Shown: positions 60,129-64,000 of the stretch, piece after piece
Numbering within the stretch: the first letter of the stretch is position 1
How the letters are laid out: each line of letters starts with the position of its first letter
Virus record (IMG/VR): IMGVR_UViG_3300032242_002041
Coordinates: 62,001-126,000 of that record
Direction: 5' to 3' (one strand)
DNA: 64,000 nt
Position numbers and translations under genes: made by a program
The notes under the pieces: generated by a model
The model's input: only the letters and a program-made list of their open reading frames with translations
Databases searched by the model: none
What the model was told of the DNA's origin: nothing

Positions 60129-61062
60129 AGTATTCTTGGAACCCTTGTTCTATATCAATTTCTGGAGTATAACCAAAGTCCTGGTGTGCTCTTTGTGTAT
60201 TTAACTGACCACGGTTAGGAAAGTTTTCGTCAGGATCACGCACTTCAATTGTGCCTTGCCCTGCTATACTGACTGCCAGTTTAGCTGCTTCTAATAGAGT
60301 TTTAGAGTTCCCACGAGTTATGTTGTAGGTGGTGTTATAGGTATCTTCACTAATGGCGGCTTCAGCAATACCTTCGGCTGCATCAGAAACATAAGTAAAA
60401 TCTAGTTCCTGATTACCACCACGCACCTGTATAGCGTGGCCGCGCATGGCATCTAATAGGAATTTTGATACTACACGATCTTCTACATCAAGTGGGCCAT
60501 ATACTGCACTGGGTCTTATAATAGTGTGTGCCATGTTGGTACGCCTGCTGTAATCACGGACTAGCCATTCTCCGGCCAACTTCATTATACCATACTGCCC
60601 AATTGGATTGGTTGGATGACTTTCGTTGACGCCATCAAAGTAGGTATCATTGAAATTGCCATAGACCATACTTGAGCTAACATAAACAAATTTTTGTACA
60701 CGATGTTTAACGCTGGCTTCTAACAGGTTAAGCAAGCCCTCACTCATGGACCGTGAGCCCAGCTGTGGGTCGGCATTGACTACTTTTTGTCTAGGGAAAC
60801 TGGCTAGGTGTACAACAATATCAGGACGATGCTCACCAATTAGCCAGGCAATACCGTCGCGGTCCGTGATGTCAATGCCGTAGATTCTATCAGTTTTAAT
60901 TTTTTTCTTACGTTCACAAATTAGATAATCTAGCTCGTCTTGAGGTATAATGCCATAGGTTGTCTGCGTATCAGTGATGATGCAGGTGTGTCCTTGACTT
61001 TCTAACAAGGCCACAACATTATGCCCTATAAAGCCAAGTCCACCAGTTACAAGTATTTTCAT
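60082..61062 (-). CDS. NAD-dependent nucleotide-sugar epimerase/dehydratase; start revised to 61062
   Basis: ILVTGGLGFIG, SSSMVYG, YGIMK, RPSAVYGP and DFTYVSD; ATGA overlap with the upstream stop. Confidence 0.92.
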   Translation of the reverse strand: MKILVTGGLGFIGHNVVALLESQGHTCIITDTQTTYGIIPQDELDYLICERKKKIKTDRIYGIDITDRDGIAWLIGEHRPDIVVHLASFPRQKVVNADPQLGSRSMSEGLLNLLEASVKHRVQKFVYVSSSMVYGNFNDTYFDGVNESHPTNPIGQYGIMKLAGEWLVRDYSRRTNMAHTIIRPSAVYGPLDVEDRVVSKFLLDAMRGHAIQVRGGNQELDFTYVSDAAEGIAEAAISEDTYNTTYNITRGNSKTLLEAAKLAVSIAGQGTIEVRDPDENFPNRGQLNTQRAHQDFGYTPEIDIEQGFQEYYEWLKDSFYGIKKAV

Positions 61063-61298
61063 TTGCCCCACCGTAGTAAATATTCTGTTGCTAATCGATC
61101 TTCAAGTTGACCGTAGACAATAATTCTATGTCCCCAACGATGATCGTCTGGCCGTACAATGTATTGTGGATCTGGACAATTGGCTTTAATCCACTGTCCT
61201 TGTTCTGTCTGCATAAACTTGTACAATGGTTCCGCGGCATAGAGCTCTGGATCCTCTACATCGCCCATGGTAAAGGAGTGGAATGTAATCTTCTGCAT
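61059..61298 (-). CDS. Hypothetical protein
   Basis: 79 aa with its own promoter; coupled to the epimerase. Confidence 0.7.
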   Translation of the reverse strand: MQKITFHSFTMGDVEDPELYAAEPLYKFMQTEQGQWIKANCPDPQYIVRPDDHRWGHRIIVYGQLEDRLATEYLLRWGK

Positions 61299-61304
61299 AC
61301 TGTT

Positions 61305-61333
61305 ATTATAGCAAAAAACTCTAGATTTTGCAA
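61305..61333 (-). promoter_or_regulatory. Sigma70-type promoter for the epimerase/aminotransferase operon
   Basis: TTGCAA-N17-TATAAT, 6 nt before ATG 61298. Confidence 0.65.
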
Positions 61334-61343
61334 TCTAGAGTTT
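61313..61343 (-). terminator. Intrinsic terminator
   Basis: Minus strand reads AAACTCTAGATT-GCAA-AATCTAGAGTTT-TTT; contains the upstream stop codon. Confidence 0.7.
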
Positions 61344-61637
61344 GCCTAACAGCTTATCAGTTTCTGGTTGTACCAAATTGGCTACAGCGGTAACGTCTAC
61401 TACAAAGTCTACATCGCGAATTACATGATCATTCTCACTAAAATATCTTGTGAGCATCTGTTCAACTTCTGGCAAGTCTAGGCCTTGTTTAAGTAGAGTA
61501 TGAACGTTGATGGTTTTTTGCTTGCCGCCGTCTAGTTTGATCACTACCTTTTTGATACATTCTAGAGGTACATCAGTTTTGTTTACGTCGGCAAGTATGT
61601 GTTCCCATCTGGTTAAAAAATCATCATTGTGCAGCAT
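61335..61637 (-). CDS. Hypothetical protein (probable start 61637)
   Basis: ATG 61637 minimises overlap with the upstream gene; KTDVPLECIKK core. Confidence 0.65.
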   Translation of the reverse strand: MLHNDDFLTRWEHILADVNKTDVPLECIKKVVIKLDGGKQKTINVHTLLKQGLDLPEVEQMLTRYFSENDHVIRDVDFVVDVTAVANLVQPETDKLLGKL

Positions 61638-62364
61638 CAGCCACCGCAGTCTTTGGTTTGTTAGGACCACGAGTACGCTTCTTAGGTGCTTCTACGCTCT
61701 CGGTAACTGGGGCTACTGCTCTAGCTGTAACAGTTGGATCCATGCGCTCTGCTTCTTTTTTCATACGAGCAGCTTCTGCAACCATACTTCTAGCACTAAC
61801 TTCCATAGCTTTAGCTTGTGCCAACATATTAGCGGCAATGTCACGATCTGACAGTGCGCCATCTTGTCCGGCTTTAAGAGGAGGAGGTGTAAATGCATCT
61901 ACCTTAGGTGCTTGGCTAGCTTTATATTCTGCTTCAGCTTTGCGTTTAACTTCTGGAGCAACCATACCACGACTAGCATCATTCTCGGCCATCTTCTTGA
62001 TAGCAGCTTCGCCTTGCTTCATTTCGTTAAGCATCTTATTAAGTTCATCTAAACGAATCTTGGCATCTGGAGTTGGAGTTACAATGATATCACTAGTACG
62101 CAACTTCTTGATCATGCGCTCTTGGTGCAGTGTTTCCAACACAGGACGACCGTCTGGCAAGTAACTACGATGTAATGCGTCAGCAAGTTCTTCGCTTTGC
62201 TGTGCTACATCACTTTCCAGGGCCTTTTGAATTGAATCTTGCCAGTGTGCGTGTAAGGTGTCTGGATAGATGACCAAACACATGTGATCTTCACCGGGTA
62301 CCTGACGGAACAGGATGCAAACCTTACGGTCTCCATGTTTTCCTACGTGTTTCATAAATGCCAT
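61624..62364 (-). CDS. Hypothetical protein with helical, low-complexity C-terminus
   Basis: 246 aa; AGGAG RBS. Confidence 0.75.
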   Translation of the reverse strand: MAFMKHVGKHGDRKVCILFRQVPGEDHMCLVIYPDTLHAHWQDSIQKALESDVAQQSEELADALHRSYLPDGRPVLETLHQERMIKKLRTSDIIVTPTPDAKIRLDELNKMLNEMKQGEAAIKKMAENDASRGMVAPEVKRKAEAEYKASQAPKVDAFTPPPLKAGQDGALSDRDIAANMLAQAKAMEVSARSMVAEAARMKKEAERMDPTVTARAVAPVTESVEAPKKRTRGPNKPKTAVADAAQ

Positions 62365-62365
62365 T

Positions 62366-62581
62366 TTATTCTCCTTGAGTTTCGCCGGCTTCAGCGTTTG
62401 CTGCTTCTTCGTTGGCTTTCGCCTGAGCTATTACTGCTTCTAAAAATGAGTTGAGCTTGTCAAAGACAGCGCCCACCTGACTAACTTCTGCACCACGGAA
62501 TGCACCACGGGTGCAGGCCAGGTCAATAATGTTCTTGATAGTATCAAGATCTGCGACTGTAATTTGTGTAGTATTTTCCAT
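62366..62581 (-). CDS. Hypothetical protein
   Basis: 71 aa, with TAAATA (62587-62592) just upstream. Confidence 0.75.
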   Translation of the reverse strand: MENTTQITVADLDTIKNIIDLACTRGAFRGAEVSQVGAVFDKLNSFLEAVIAQAKANEEAANAEAGETQGE

Positions 62582-62625
62582 ATAGATATTTACGACTAAT
62601 ATATGCCGTTAATTTATTTTTACAA

Positions 62626-62652
62626 AGAAAAACACCCCATTTAGGGGTGTTT
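62626..62652 (-). terminator. Intrinsic terminator
   Basis: Minus strand reads AAACACCCC-TAAAT-GGGGTGTTT then TTCTTT. Confidence 0.75.
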
Positions 62653-62668
62653 CGGTAAAACTGACCTG

Positions 62669-62836
62669 CTACTTTTTGTTTAGATAGTAGTTGGCAAAGG
62701 CCAGCACCGATGAAAACACAGCATCGGTATAATCACCTTTGCCCAGGCTGTCTAGTGCAGTCGCAATTAAAAAACCAATAATAAACCAAGCAATTTCTAC
62801 GGTATTATTTAAATACCATTGTCTAAATTTATTCAT
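62669..62836 (-). CDS. 55-aa small membrane protein; absent from the ORF track
   Basis: MNKFRQWYLNNTVEIAWFIIGFLIATALDSLGKGDYTDAVFSSVLAFANYYLNKK*; GGAG upstream. Confidence 0.7.
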   Translation of the reverse strand: MNKFRQWYLNNTVEIAWFIIGFLIATALDSLGKGDYTDAVFSSVLAFANYYLNKK

Positions 62837-63020
62837 CTTCTTCTCCATTTAATTCTAAATCTTGCCCAACCATATCTACCATACAACTGTAGCAGGTAGG
62901 GCAAAATGCTACAGGTAATATTCCAAAGTGTCCTTGTATGCCGCCTTCATCGTCTGAAAAATCACAGGCACATACATTACACTTGTGGTCGGTACCCACA
63001 TGTTCAAATCCTATAATCAT
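62829..63020 (-). CDS. Small Zn-finger-like protein
   Basis: CNVC...CPTC in 63 aa. Confidence 0.65.
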   Translation of the reverse strand: MIIGFEHVGTDHKCNVCACDFSDDEGGIQGHFGILPVAFCPTCYSCMVDMVGQDLELNGEEDE

Positions 63021-63021
63021 G

Positions 63022-63141
63022 CTATATCTTTAAGCACTCGGCACGATAAATCACAGTATATTCTGGTATAGTGCGCCAACTAAGGAAACCAAGCCATACA
63101 ACCATGCATATTGTAAAACCATACCAAAATTGTTTGGTCAT
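63022..63141 (-). CDS. 39-aa membrane peptide; absent from the ORF track
   Basis: MTKQFWYGFTICMVVWLGFLSWRTIPEYTVIYRAECLKI*; ATGA overlap; GGAG upstream. Confidence 0.6.
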   Translation of the reverse strand: MTKQFWYGFTICMVVWLGFLSWRTIPEYTVIYRAECLKI

Positions 63142-63359
63142 TCTCCAACTCCAAAATATTCATGTAATTTAGTTCGTAATCCACCCTGGCCAAACTGTTG
63201 GTTGTAACCATTATATTCTGCTTGTTTAGCACACTCTTCTATAATTGACTCAGCAAACTTTTCTAGTGTGGTAGTGCTAACAGAATGAGTCCTGATATCC
63301 TTGTTATCTTCAAACCAAATACCAGATTGTTTGGCAAGTTCTTTAATGCGAGTGTTCAT
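63138..63359 (-). CDS. Hypothetical phage protein
   Basis: MNTRIKELAKQSG..LEKFAESIIEEC..FGV, a typical small phage ORF. Confidence 0.75.
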   Translation of the reverse strand: MNTRIKELAKQSGIWFEDNKDIRTHSVSTTTLEKFAESIIEECAKQAEYNGYNQQFGQGGLRTKLHEYFGVGE

Positions 63360-63526
63360 TAGTAATTTTCTTTTACAATATAGAAAGCAGGTTTCTTGTA
63401 TTCTTCTAAGATATTATTTTCTTTGATAAAACGATTCATATCGGGTGCTGTAAAAAACATCTTGTGAATAACCGGCTTGTGGGTTGCAGTATCTACTACA
63501 CTTAGGTACCAGGATTTAACTGCCAT
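63359..63526 (-). CDS. Hypothetical protein (55 aa, start revised to 63526)
   Basis: ATG just after the VWA gene stop; the track's longer version overlaps that gene. Confidence 0.65.
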   Translation of the reverse strand: MAVKSWYLSVVDTATHKPVIHKMFFTAPDMNRFIKENNILEEYKKPAFYIVKENY

Positions 63527-63527
63527 A

Positions 63528-64000
63528 TTAATGTTTACTTTCTTCTTCGTAGTAGGCATACTGTCCGAATGGTGGAACAATGGTCTTGGTACCGTGCATA
63601 ATAAACACAGTATCACAGTACTGTTCATCACCCCATGAACCGTTGGGATAACCGTCTGTGAACATGATGTGACGCTTGGGTTCGATTTCGTTGGCTTTAA
63701 AGTATTCAAATACACAATTAAAGTCTGTACCACCACCACCCGCAATTTCATAGCCTGTAATATCGTCTAAGTTTTCACTATCAAACTGCTGTGGATTGTA
63801 CACTTGTGTATCAAACGATAAGACATGAATACGATAGTTAGGGAACTGTTCCATGATACCTGCTACTTCTGCTAGGAAGTCTTTGAGCATGCTGTCTAGC
63901 ATCGAACCCGACGCATCGATACTGATAGCAATATCAATCATGGGATCCAACTTCATACCGGGCATGACCGCATCCATGTGCCACCCTCTACGACTGTTAC
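63528..64000 (-). CDS. VWA-domain protein (DUF2201-like C-terminus), 5'-partial
   Basis: MIDAS motif DASGSM, GGGGTDF and FTDGY; frame stays open to the window edge (NSRRGWHM...). Confidence 0.85.
   Translation of the reverse strand, partial: NSRRGWHMDAVMPGMKLDPMIDIAISIDASGSMLDSMLKDFLAEVAGIMEQFPNYRIHVLSFDTQVYNPQQFDSENLDDITGYEIAGGGGTDFNCVFEYFKANEIEPKRHIMFTDGYPNGSWGDEQYCDTVFIMHGTKTIVPPFGQYAYYEEESKH

Noticed and set aside
1448-62164. Many short antisense or alternate-frame ORFs inside long genes (e.g. 6514-6945, 57335-57781, 61658-62164)
   Set aside because: Fully nested in motif-supported genes, with no recognisable motifs or start signals.
1-64000. Stop-codon reassignment as seen in some large phages
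   Set aside because: Coding density is near complete under the standard code, and TAA, TAG and TGA all end genes at tight junctions.

Overview
The window is part of a large T4-related, contractile-tailed dsDNA phage genome that uses the standard genetic code. Left end (1-3.2 kb, minus strand): a gp55-like late sigma factor, a gp47/Mre11 nuclease, and an unlisted radical SAM gene that runs off the window. 3.3-31.4 kb (plus strand): a baseplate/tail module with gp48/54-like, gp53, two hub-like proteins, a gp5-like spike, a lysozyme-like protein, gp25, gp6, a 4454-aa multi-domain protein and fibre-like proteins. 31.4-61.3 kb: a ~30 kb biosynthetic island. It holds nine radical SAM enzymes with an N-terminal twitch-like Cys domain (ten in the whole window), about seven glycosyltransferase-like proteins, a UDP-sugar dehydrogenase, two NAD-dependent epimerases, a DegT-type aminotransferase, a NodU/CmcH-type carbamoyltransferase, an amidinotransferase, an SGNH-like protein, a protein with eight tandem repeats, and two paralogous 33-aa peptides missing from the ORF track. 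Right end: small hypothetical genes and a partial VWA protein. The island is the best candidate for an undescribed system, most plausibly synthesis of a heavily modified amino-sugar glycan for the virion, the DNA or the host surface; its substrate cannot be read from the sequence. Many genes have a TAAATA or sigma70-type -10 box only 4-7 nt upstream of the ATG, which suggests leaderless transcripts. No tRNA, rRNA, CRISPR array, integrase, transposase or reverse transcriptase was recognised. All family calls come from reading motifs by eye, not from database searches.
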